A DNA stretch of 64,000 nt from positions 97,725 through 161,724 of the forward strand of contig CAZSHG010000004.1 of NCBI GenBank assembly GCA_964606695.1, written 5' to 3'. Shown here in pieces: positions 9,145-16,886 of the stretch (its first letter is position 1; each line of letters begins with the position of its first letter). Origin of the DNA: an uncultured bacterium. Its GTDB lineage: Bacteria > UBP14 > UBA6098. Under the pieces are notes generated by a model, which was not told the DNA's origin, ran no database searches, and worked only from the letters and a program-made list of their open reading frames with translations. Both the position numbers and the translations under genes were made by a program.

Positions 9145-10431
9145 TTGAATATTATGAAAGAAAATCACCGCAAAACGGTTTTAGACAATGGGATTACTGT
9201 CCTATCGCTTCCTATGGCAGGCAGAGCCGGAGTTGCAGTCGGCGTCTGGCTGGATGTCGGTAGCAGAGACGATCCGCCCGGACGCGAGGGCATGGCTCAT
9301 CTCGTCGAACATCTTATGTTTAAAGGCACCGAGAAACGGACATCACTGCAAATAGCTCGAGAACTCGAATATGTCGGTGGGAGCGGCGATGCCTACACCT
9401 CCCGTGAAGAAACCTGCTACTACGCCTATGTCCCCTCGCGTGAACTTCCTAAAGCACTGGATATTATCGGCGATATGATAGCTCACTCACGCATCGACGA
9501 GGTCTCTTTCCAGCGAGAAAAAAGCATCGTCCTGGAGGAGATGGCGGAAGTTCAGGATTCGCCTCAGGAGATAGCGCAGGAGTATTTCCCCTCGATTCTG
9601 TTCGGCAATCATCCGCTTGGCCAATCGATATTGGGAAGCCCAGAAGGTGTGAAAGCAACTAAGCGGAACGATGTAATCGACTTCATGAACGCCAATTATA
9701 CCGCCGAAAAAACGTTAGTCGCGGCAGTTGGGAAAATCGAACATGGTGAACTCTGCGAACTCGCCGATAAATACATAAATCTTCCAAAGGGCATTTCAAC
9801 AACCTCTCAGCCCGCACCACCCCTAAAGCCGATAGGGGAAATCGGATTATTGAAAAAACCAGCCGCGCAGGTAAATATTATAATCGGCGGGAGACTTTTC
9901 CCTTTCAAAGACGAACTAAGATATCCCTTCGCAATACTCAATAAAATACTCGGGCAAGGGGCGTCGAGTTTGCTGTTTCAGAGGGTTCGCGAAGAAGCCG
10001 GTATCGGTTACGACGTCCATTCTTTCGACGAATATTTCAAAGATTCCGGCATGTGGGGCGTTTTTGGAGCTTTCGAATCGAAATCGGTTATGAGTTTCCT
10101 CAATATTCTCAGATCGACTATGGATGAGATTAATGACGGTCTTATCGATGAACAAATTCTGCGCGATACTATTAACGGGCTTTCCGGCAACGCGGTTCTC
10201 CAGAAAGATTCCATAAGCTCGATGCTGAACAGGCTCGCGGAAAACGAACTCCAATTAGGCCGATTTATCCCGGTAGAAGAGAGTATCAACAGGCTGAGAG
10301 AAGTAACGCCTGAACAGATTCGTGAACTCGCATCCGATTTATTCAACCCCATATCACTGGGCGGAATTGCAGTAGGGACTATACATCCAAAGGACTCGCC
10401 GAATTGGTTGAAATGGAAGGATATGGCATGA
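9145..10431 (+). CDS. M16 family (pitrilysin/insulinase-like) zinc peptidase.
   Basis: Inverted zinc-binding motif HLVEHLMFKGT (HxxEH). Length of 428 aa and overall M16 N- and C-domain layout. Confidence 0.85.
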   Translation: MNIMKENHRKTVLDNGITVLSLPMAGRAGVAVGVWLDVGSRDDPPGREGMAHLVEHLMFKGTEKRTSLQIARELEYVGGSGDAYTSREETCYYAYVPSRELPKALDIIGDMIAHSRIDEVSFQREKSIVLEEMAEVQDSPQEIAQEYFPSILFGNHPLGQSILGSPEGVKATKRNDVIDFMNANYTAEKTLVAAVGKIEHGELCELADKYINLPKGISTTSQPAPPLKPIGEIGLLKKPAAQVNIIIGGRLFPFKDELRYPFAILNKILGQGASSLLFQRVREEAGIGYDVHSFDEYFKDSGMWGVFGAFESKSVMSFLNILRSTMDEINDGLIDEQILRDTINGLSGNAVLQKDSISSMLNRLAENELQLGRFIPVEESINRLREVTPEQIRELASDLFNPISLGGIAVGTIHPKDSPNWLKWKDMA

Positions 10432-10874
10432 CTATTGCGCCGATTGTCAGAGTTAAACTGCTTCGCGACTGCGCATATGCACCCGAATTCATGAGTGACG
10501 GCGCGGCTGGAGCGGATTTGAGAGCATGTTTGAATGAGAGTATCGTTCTCGAACCCGGGGAACGTGCGCTTGTTCCAACCGGGATTATAATCGAGATGCC
10601 GCCGGGTTACGAGGGGGAGATCCGCCCGAGGAGCGGGCTTGCTGTTCGATATGGAATTTCACTGGTCAACTCGCCAGGCACAATAGATTCCGACTATCGA
10701 GGCGAATTAAAGATTATTATGATTAATCATGGCTACGAATCTTACGAGATAAACAACGGCGACCGAATCGCGCAACTTCTCATAAATAAAATCGAAAGAC
10801 CGAGATTTGAAATCGTGGATGAATTGACAGACACAGAACGAGCGAGTGGCGGTTTCGGTAGTTCCGGAAAGTAG
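10428..10874 (+). CDS. dut: dUTP diphosphatase (dUTPase). The likely start is MTIAPIV at 10428, an ATGA overlap with the M16 stop.
   Basis: Conserved dUTPase motifs (AGADLRA..., RSGLAVRYGISLVNSPGTIDSDYRGEL, C-terminal SERASGGFGSSGK). Confidence 0.9.
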   Translation: MTIAPIVRVKLLRDCAYAPEFMSDGAAGADLRACLNESIVLEPGERALVPTGIIIEMPPGYEGEIRPRSGLAVRYGISLVNSPGTIDSDYRGELKIIMINHGYESYEINNGDRIAQLLINKIERPRFEIVDELTDTERASGGFGSSGK

Positions 10875-10879
10875 GCAAA

Positions 10880-12100
10880 ATGTTAGAGACATTAAAAAAG
10901 ATTGCCTTTGAAAGGGTCGGCGGAACGCCGGAGGAATTAGAAGCTTTTGAAATCCTTGCCGGTGAAGTCGGTAAAAGGGATGTGAAAACTCATATGGAGC
11001 CTTTCAAAGTGCGCACATTTCGACTCGGTGAGGGTTCGGTTGAAATTCTATCCGATCCACCTCAGAATTTCAAAGCCAATCCTATCGGCCTAACCGGTTC
11101 GGTGGACACGACGGCGGCGGCACGATATGTCGAAATCCCCAACCTCGATAATATGGACTCCGCAGAGGGTGAAATTTTGTTGCTCCATAAAAGAATGACC
11201 TACGATATCTACCGTAACCTGACTCGCCTGAAACCCGAAGCCTTCATCTTGATTAACGAACCCGGTAAAACCCCCGGCTATCCGATAGTTAAAGAGTCAC
11301 TTATCGATGAATTCGGCAAAATTCCCGGCGCGGTTATGAGTTACGAGGCCGCGATAAAGGTGATTTCCGCAAAGGATGAAAAAATCAGACTCAAACTCGA
11401 ACAGAGCGATTTCGAAGGCACCAGCCACAACCTTATAGCCGAAATCCCCGGCGAAATCGAGGAGGAGATAATCGTAATCGGCGCGCACGCGGACAGCGTG
11501 GCCAGCTCCCCCGGCGCTGTCGATAACGGCGCTGGATGCGTCGAATTGCTCGGTCTTATCGGCCATTTCGCAAAGGAGAAACCCCGCAGAACTTTGCGTT
11601 TCTGCTTCTTCGGAAGCGAGGAACTGGGATTGCTGGGAAGCCGCGAATATGTCCGCGCACACGAGGACGAACTGGACAAAATCCGCCTGATGGTCAACCT
11701 GGACATGGGCGGCGATATTTTCGGCGAGGACAAGGCGATTGTCACCGGAGCCAACGAGCTCGCTAACTACATCGACTCGCGCAATAAGCTGGTGGGCATG
11801 GGATTACGCGTTTCTCGAGGCACATACTCCAGCGACAATATGCCCTTCGCCCGTGAGGGCATCCCTGCGGTCAGTTTCGGCAGATCCGGCCTTGGCGCAA
11901 GCCTGGGCCATTCTCGTGACGACGACATGCGCAATGTCGATGAGGAATCCCTCCGCTCGATGGCAAATATCGCCCTCGCTTTCGTCAAGGAAATAGCCAA
12001 CGCCCGCACTATCCCCTTCGAACGCACCGTCCCGGACGACATTATGGAGAAAATCGACGAATATTTCTACAATAAAACCGGCGAGAAGAGGCAAAAGTGA
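10880..12100 (+). CDS. M28 family aminopeptidase (PA-domain type).
   Basis: Zn-ligand context IGAHADSVASSPGAVDNGAGCVELLGLIGHF ... FFGSEELGLLGS ... NLDMGG, typical of M28. Confidence 0.8.
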   Translation: MLETLKKIAFERVGGTPEELEAFEILAGEVGKRDVKTHMEPFKVRTFRLGEGSVEILSDPPQNFKANPIGLTGSVDTTAAARYVEIPNLDNMDSAEGEILLLHKRMTYDIYRNLTRLKPEAFILINEPGKTPGYPIVKESLIDEFGKIPGAVMSYEAAIKVISAKDEKIRLKLEQSDFEGTSHNLIAEIPGEIEEEIIVIGAHADSVASSPGAVDNGAGCVELLGLIGHFAKEKPRRTLRFCFFGSEELGLLGSREYVRAHEDELDKIRLMVNLDMGGDIFGEDKAIVTGANELANYIDSRNKLVGMGLRVSRGTYSSDNMPFAREGIPAVSFGRSGLGASLGHSRDDDMRNVDEESLRSMANIALAFVKEIANARTIPFERTVPDDIMEKIDEYFYNKTGEKRQK

Positions 12101-13695
12101 GATTCACGCCATATATAATTGCACTGGTCATATCCTCGACTCTATTCGGTATCGTCTGCGGACTGCCGGAAATCGCCAGGCGACGCGCACCTTTGATGAT
12201 GCCCCGCCCTACTTCTCTGCTATATTTTTACGACTCACCGGATAGCAATTTCAGAATATGGTATAATCCCAAATCCGAGGACGAGGTAAACGGCATAGAC
12301 GCTACCGATTGCGATGCCAGCGGTTACCCGGACTGGGTGGAACATGCCGGACAATATCTCGAAAAAACCCGTGCTTATTTAGTCGATACCCTCGGCGCGA
12401 GACCGCCTATCCCCGATTCGGGACGTGGCGGGGACGACAAAACCGACGTATATTTCGTCAACCTCGGATCCAGTCTATACGGCATGACTTACACCGACGG
12501 CACTCTCCCGGACGGCACGGCGTCGGCCTTCGTGGAAATAGAAAACGATTTCGCGGGACACACCGAATATGCCGGAAGAGAAACCGATGCTCTGGCGGTA
12601 ACATGCGCACACGAATTCTTCCATACCATTCATTTCGCATATACCACCGAAATGAGCAATGTCTGGTGGATGGAAGCCACGGCGGTCTGGTCGGAAGAAC
12701 AGAATTTCCCGGAAATTAACGACTATCTGAACTACCTCGATTATTTTCAGGACTACCCCTCAACCGCCCTCAACGACGACACGCCATCGGGTAGGATTTA
12801 CGGCACAGTGTTGCTCCCGATATTTATCGGAATGAACTACGGCGAACGCGCCGTTATCGATATCTGGGAACGTGTTTTCGACATGAACATCTATCAGGCT
12901 CTGGAAGACTGGGCGGATTCCGTAGGCGTAAATCTGAACGACTTTTACGGCGAATTTGCGCGATGGAATTTTTTCGTTGGCGATAATTATCGCGGGTGGG
13001 GCTACGATGACGCTGAGATAATGCCCGAACCCGCGATAGTCGATACTCATAATATCCCCGAAACATTGCCCGGTGCAGGTGCCGCAACTTATATTGATCT
13101 TTCAATCTTCCTGGATGATTGGGGCGAAGATTACACTGGCGGTTTCTGGGTTGAACTTTCAGGCGGCGACAGCGTAGGTGCCCTTATGGTAGGGCTTCCG
13201 CCCGCCGAAAATTCCGATACACCTGACACAAATGTCAATATTCTGAACGTCCCGGACACTATACCGGGAATATGGCGTTACGATGCCGTCGTTGCATCGA
13301 TTGGACATGTGAAAAGCCAGTTTATCGTCCCGGCACACCTCGGCGACCTTCTTACCGGCCCGGCGACTTCGGCAAAGGTCGAGAGATTCCATAGCATCGA
13401 AGAGCCACCTTATCCAAATCCTTTCTACTACGGCGGCGAAAGCGAATATGTCTATTTCCCTTACAGCCTCACCGAAAACAGCGACATCGCCCTTTATGTC
13501 TGGACATCCGCCGGAGACCTTGTATATTATATGGAAAACGCAACCAGCCGGGGGCTTCATCTCACAACAAGCGGCTCCCTGGGTTGGCAACCGCGAAATA
13601 TGCACGGAGAAAGACTCGCAACCGGTGTTTACGTCTATCGACTCGCAGTCGAAACCGACGAATACATCGGGAAAATATCGATAATAAATCCATAA
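12097..13695 (+). CDS. Secreted putative zinc metallopeptidase (HExxH) with a C-terminal T9SS-type (Por_Secre_tail-like) sorting domain.
   Basis: GTG start overlaps the M28 stop (GTGA). N-terminal signal peptide. HEFFH motif (TCAHEFFHTIHF). C-terminal about 80 aa begins YPNPFYY ... VYVYRLAVETDEYIGKISIINP, typical of the T9SS C-terminal domain. Confidence 0.55.
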   Translation: MRFTPYIIALVISSTLFGIVCGLPEIARRRAPLMMPRPTSLLYFYDSPDSNFRIWYNPKSEDEVNGIDATDCDASGYPDWVEHAGQYLEKTRAYLVDTLGARPPIPDSGRGGDDKTDVYFVNLGSSLYGMTYTDGTLPDGTASAFVEIENDFAGHTEYAGRETDALAVTCAHEFFHTIHFAYTTEMSNVWWMEATAVWSEEQNFPEINDYLNYLDYFQDYPSTALNDDTPSGRIYGTVLLPIFIGMNYGERAVIDIWERVFDMNIYQALEDWADSVGVNLNDFYGEFARWNFFVGDNYRGWGYDDAEIMPEPAIVDTHNIPETLPGAGAATYIDLSIFLDDWGEDYTGGFWVELSGGDSVGALMVGLPPAENSDTPDTNVNILNVPDTIPGIWRYDAVVASIGHVKSQFIVPAHLGDLLTGPATSAKVERFHSIEEPPYPNPFYYGGESEYVYFPYSLTENSDIALYVWTSAGDLVYYMENATSRGLHLTTSGSLGWQPRNMHGERLATGVYVYRLAVETDEYIGKISIINP

Positions 13696-13705
13696 CGGAG
13701 GAAAT

Positions 13706-14740
13706 ATGAACTGGAAACTTCTGGAAGAGCTTTGTAATACCCCCGGAGTCCCCGGGCACGAGCGCAAGGTGGCCGAGATTTTCAAGCGCGAAGCCGAGGG
13801 GATCGCGGTGGAATCGTGGTTCGATAACGTCGGCAACTGCATAGTGCACGTCGGCGGGGAAGGCCCGGTAGTGGCGCTGGACGCCCACACCGACGAGGTC
13901 GGTTTCATCGTCTCGCACGTCGATGACGAGGGCTTCATTCGCGTGGTCCCGCTGGGGGGCATCGACCCGCGAGTTTTTTACGCGCAACGCGTCGTCGTCC
14001 ACGGCACCGAGGATTTGCCGGGCGTTGTAGGCGCGGTTCCGCCGCATCTTCTGAACAAAAACGCCGACCGCGACAAGGCAGTGCCCATCGAGGACGCCTT
14101 CATCGACCTGGGCCTCCCCGGGGATAAGGTCAAACAGAAAGTCCGCATAGGGGACGTGGTCACCTTCGACAGCAAGTTCGAGGATTTAGGGGACGTGGTC
14201 ATCGGGAAGGCGTTCGACGACCGGCTGGGCCTGTTCGTCATCCTCGAGGCTATTAAAAAAGCTAAGAAAATCGCCTGCGACCTCTATCTGGTGGCGACGG
14301 TTCAGGAGGAACGCGGCCTCCGGGGCGCGACCTGCGCGGCTTTCACCGTCAACCCGGACATCGCCATCGCACTGGAGGGGACTTTTGCGAACGACCTGCC
14401 GGGAGTGCCTTCGCACAAGCGGCTGGCCACGCAGAACAAGGGCGCAGAACTCCGCATCACCGACCGCGCCGTCATAGCCGACCGCGCGCTGGTGGACTAC
14501 CTGGCGGAAATCGCCGACGGCGGCGGCATCGACCACCAGTTCGTGGTGAAAAACGCCGGCACCACCAACGCCACCGCCATCGAGCTTGCCTCCGGAGGCA
14601 CCCGCGTGGCGGCAATCTCCGCGCCGGTGCGATATATTCACAGCCCCATCGGCATGGTCAACAAGCACGACATCGAATGCCAGATAGACCTCCTGGCGAA
14701 ATACCTGGAAGTCGCCGACAAAACCCCGCCGCGGCGGTAG
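13706..14740 (+). CDS. M42 family (FrvX/CelM-like) aminopeptidase. The gene is distinctly GC-rich compared with its neighbours.
   Basis: 344 aa with M42 architecture (GHERKVAEIF..., ALDAHTDEVGF, GKAFDDRLG, EERGLRGA). Its last about 70 bp and terminator are duplicated downstream. Confidence 0.8.
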   Translation: MNWKLLEELCNTPGVPGHERKVAEIFKREAEGIAVESWFDNVGNCIVHVGGEGPVVALDAHTDEVGFIVSHVDDEGFIRVVPLGGIDPRVFYAQRVVVHGTEDLPGVVGAVPPHLLNKNADRDKAVPIEDAFIDLGLPGDKVKQKVRIGDVVTFDSKFEDLGDVVIGKAFDDRLGLFVILEAIKKAKKIACDLYLVATVQEERGLRGATCAAFTVNPDIAIALEGTFANDLPGVPSHKRLATQNKGAELRITDRAVIADRALVDYLAEIADGGGIDHQFVVKNAGTTNATAIELASGGTRVAAISAPVRYIHSPIGMVNKHDIECQIDLLAKYLEVADKTPPRR

Positions 14741-14798
14741 TTACGCTACCCCTAAAAATTTCCCCCGGCTCCCGCGCTCCGCGTGGGGGCCTTTTTTA
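14668..14798. repeat. Direct repeat copy 1 (131 bp, identical to 15711..15841). It covers the 3' end of the M42 gene, its stop and a rho-independent terminator.
   Basis: Base-by-base reading shows an identical 131-bp string (cgacatcgaatgccagatagacc ... gcgtgggggcctttttta) at both positions. Confidence 0.85.
14762..14797 (+). terminator. Rho-independent terminator of the M42 gene (GC-rich stem CCCCC...GGGGG followed by T6).
   Basis: cccccggctcccgcgctccgcgtgggggcc followed by tttttt. The same structure recurs at 15805..15840. Confidence 0.6.
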
Positions 14799-14993
14799 TG
14801 CTCGTATTCTTCTTTTCGAGATAGTAATCTGTTTACTGGAGGAGCGAAATGCACATAACAACGGGGAAAAGGGGCGATCACAAGGAATCGCCCCTACGGT
14901 TCGCACGAAGCGTCTTATCCGGTCGCGAATCCACCGGAGGTGGTTGAGCACAAACGGCTGCGGCCCTGCCGCCGGCTGGCTGGAAATTGAATC

Positions 14994-15021
14994 TTGACAG
15001 AGCTGAGAACAACGCTAAATT
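14994..15021 (+). promoter_or_regulatory. Candidate promoter for the MNT/HepT cassette (perfect TTGACA -35, 16-nt spacer, TAAATT -10).
   Basis: TTGACA at 14994-14999 and TAAATT at 15016-15021, with the ATG at 15031. Confidence 0.3.
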
Positions 15022-15030
15022 ATTATTAAG

Positions 15031-15327
15031 ATGAAAAATAAGGAACAAATAAAATCTCTGATCTCGGCAAACCTGGCGACAATCAAAAAGCGGTTTGGCG
15101 TTTCCTCCATCGGCGTGTTCGGATCTTATGTTCGCGGCGAACAGACCGAAAACAGCGACCTCGATATAATTGTCGTTTTCGAGCCGGGACACAACGACCT
15201 GTTCAATTATTCCCGCCTGAAGACCTATCTTGAGGAATTATTCGGTCTGGAGATCGATCTGGTAATTCAAAACGGCATTAAGCAAGAACTTCGGGATAAC
15301 ATACTCGGAGAGGTTCAATATGCCTGA
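15031..15327 (+). CDS. mnt: Nucleotidyltransferase-domain protein (MNT-type), the antitoxin partner of HepT in type VII toxin-antitoxin systems.
   Basis: 98 aa with the minimal nucleotidyltransferase motif GVFGSYVRGEQTENSDLDIIV (GS...D.D). It overlaps the downstream HEPN gene by 8 nt. Confidence 0.85.
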   Translation: MKNKEQIKSLISANLATIKKRFGVSSIGVFGSYVRGEQTENSDLDIIVVFEPGHNDLFNYSRLKTYLEELFGLEIDLVIQNGIKQELRDNILGEVQYA

Positions 15328-15673
15328 CAGCAGGAGAACCGACCTCCATTTTATTGAAGACATCCTGGTTGCGATTGAGAAGATCGAGCGCTATGTTGGG
15401 GATATGGATTTCGAGAGTTTCGACGCTAACGATATGGCCAAAGACGCGATTATAAGGAATTTTGAGGTGATCGGGGAAGCGGCGCGGAATATTTCGGATG
15501 AGATGCGCGCCAGATATCCTTTTGCCGAGTGGAAAGAGATGACCTCCTTTCGGAATGTTCTTATTCACGGCTATTTCACCCTGAGCACCGAGACGATCTG
15601 GGATACGGTAAAAAAGAACCTCGAACCGCTGAAAGCCCACCTGTTAGAGATTAAAAAGGCCGAAACAAGATGA
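15320..15673 (+). CDS. hepT: HEPN-domain toxin (HepT/DUF86 family) with the R-x4-HxY motif.
   Basis: 117 aa with FRNVLIHGY (Rx4-6HxY HEPN RNase motif). Paired with the MNT gene in the canonical antitoxin-toxin order. Confidence 0.85.
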   Translation: MPDSRRTDLHFIEDILVAIEKIERYVGDMDFESFDANDMAKDAIIRNFEVIGEAARNISDEMRARYPFAEWKEMTSFRNVLIHGYFTLSTETIWDTVKKNLEPLKAHLLEIKKAETR

Positions 15674-15680
15674 CCATATA

Positions 15681-15783
15681 ACCCGGCGACGCCCAATTCG
15701 CCGACGGCGGCGACATCGAATGCCAGATAGACCTCCTGGCGAAATACCTGGAAGTCGCCGACAAAACCCCGCCGCGGCGGTAG
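15681..15783 (+). pseudogene. Degraded duplicate of the 3' end of the M42 peptidase gene, in frame through the TAG at 15781-15783. It probably carries an internal deletion relative to the intact copy.
   Basis: The stretch ttcgccgacggcggcgacatcgaatgccag fuses two sequences that lie about 150 bp apart in the intact M42 gene (atcgccgacggcggcggcatcgac at about 14507 and cacgacatcgaatgccag at about 14665). The identical last 24 codons and stop follow. Confidence 0.5.
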
Positions 15784-15841
15784 TTACGCTACCCCTAAAA
15801 ATTTCCCCCGGCTCCCGCGCTCCGCGTGGGGGCCTTTTTTA
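15711..15841. repeat. Direct repeat copy 2 (131 bp, identical to 14668..14798), including the duplicated terminator.
   Basis: Identical string on direct reading. It is immediately followed by an RBS and ATGCACATCACAA, the start of the next gene. Confidence 0.85.
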
Positions 15842-15891
15842 ATTCTTGCACTCAATACCACTATGCTGTATTTTGTTTTCAGGAGGCCATC

Positions 15892-16788
15892 ATGCACATC
15901 ACAATCGAACAAAACAAAGTCATCGTCAACCTCGACGAAAACGAGTTCCCAGCCTTCGAGGCGATGTTTCGGAACCTCGAACTGGACAAATTCGTCCAAT
16001 GCGATTTTCGGGATTTCGATTTCGGGGATTACGGATCGAAGCGAAAGCTCCTGCCTATGCACCTATGCCGAACAATCGGCGAGGCGAACCTTGGAAGCGA
16101 CCCCTTCGCAACCGTGTCGCTCTATCCCTTCTGGAAACACGGTTTTGCTTTTGGGGCGGATGATAACCTGATAATCGCGCCGGGAGTGGAGGACCCACAC
16201 AAGAAAGCCGTTGCCGCGGACGAGTTCGGCATGGGCTTCTGTTGCTGGGCGATGGAGGAGCTGTTCAACTGCGACACCTGGGCGGACTGTTCCGCGCTGA
16301 TAAAGATGGGCGCGGTGTTTCCGGTGGGAACGAAACGCCCGGATTTCGTATGCACCCTCCCCGACGGCTCCCTCGGCGTGTTCGAGGCGAAGGGCACGAC
16401 CGGCACGGCGGGCAACCTCGCGCTAAGTCAGGGCAAAATCCAGACTCAGGGCATAACCGCAGACGACCCAATCTCCCTGCGCGTGGTTGTAGGATGCGCT
16501 CTCGGCGGCGACACCACGCGAATAGTTCTCCTCGACCCGCCCCCCTCGACTCCCCTCGGGGACCGGCCCTCGAACGGAGAACGGGACGAAAGGTCGTTGA
16601 GCGGAGCCGAAACGAACGGTGTGAAAACCAACCTGACCGCCGACCTCGTAAAACGCGCGGCGAAAGGGATGCGCACCCAGACCCAGACGCTGCAAACCGT
16701 ATTCCGCTCCCCCACCGCCGAACTCAACCTCAAACGCAAGGATTACAAAGACGACAAAGGCCACGGCTGGCTGGAGATTAATCGATAA
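15892..16788 (+). CDS. Hypothetical protein with a PD-(D/E)xK nuclease-like core and a GC-rich, Pro/Thr/Arg-rich C-terminal tail. The likely start is MHITIEQ at 15892; the ORF track extends it to 15826.
   Basis: The motif arrangement AADEFGMGF ... RPDFVCTLPDGSLGVFEAKGTTG fits E ... PD ... ExK of the restriction-endonuclease fold. This is a pattern-level inference with no family assignment. The 3' third of the gene (about 16400-16790) is very GC-rich. Confidence 0.4.
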   Translation: MHITIEQNKVIVNLDENEFPAFEAMFRNLELDKFVQCDFRDFDFGDYGSKRKLLPMHLCRTIGEANLGSDPFATVSLYPFWKHGFAFGADDNLIIAPGVEDPHKKAVAADEFGMGFCCWAMEELFNCDTWADCSALIKMGAVFPVGTKRPDFVCTLPDGSLGVFEAKGTTGTAGNLALSQGKIQTQGITADDPISLRVVVGCALGGDTTRIVLLDPPPSTPLGDRPSNGERDERSLSGAETNGVKTNLTADLVKRAAKGMRTQTQTLQTVFRSPTAELNLKRKDYKDDKGHGWLEINR

Positions 16789-16848
16789 ACAATGGTATGT
16801 TAATAGCTTCGATGAGAATGGATTAAATATATAAACTTCATAAACAGC

Positions 16849-16877
16849 TTGACATTTGTTTTTAAGGAAAGTAACTT
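16849..16877 (+). promoter_or_regulatory. Candidate promoter for the methyltransferase gene (TTGACA, 17-nt spacer, TAACTT).
   Basis: TTGACA at 16849-16854 and TAACTT at 16872-16877 in the AT-rich spacer between the GC-rich upstream gene and the AT-rich methyltransferase gene. Confidence 0.25.
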
Positions 16878-16886
16878 TGAATTAAG

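Noticed and set aside
13159-14668. Minus-strand ORFs of 267, 161 and 160 aa overlapping the HExxH and M42 peptidase genes.
   Set aside because: They are antisense to well-supported peptidase genes in a GC-rich stretch where open frames occur by chance. Their translations are Arg/Pro/Ser-rich nonsense.
14849-14950. 33-codon ORF (MHITTGKRGDHKESPL...) just after direct-repeat copy 1, containing an 8-bp-stem hairpin (ggggcgat...atcgcccc).
   Set aside because: It is too short with no support. It is more likely a remnant of the duplicated start region of the downstream gene (same RBS plus ATGCACAT context) than a real gene. It is mentioned only as part of the repeat finding.
16242-16781. Arg-rich 179-aa plus-strand ORF and 113-aa and 97-aa minus-strand ORFs overlapping the 3' end of the nuclease-fold gene.
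   Set aside because: They are alternative-frame artefacts of a very GC-rich segment. The frame carrying the PD...ExK motif is continuous from a proper RBS and start.
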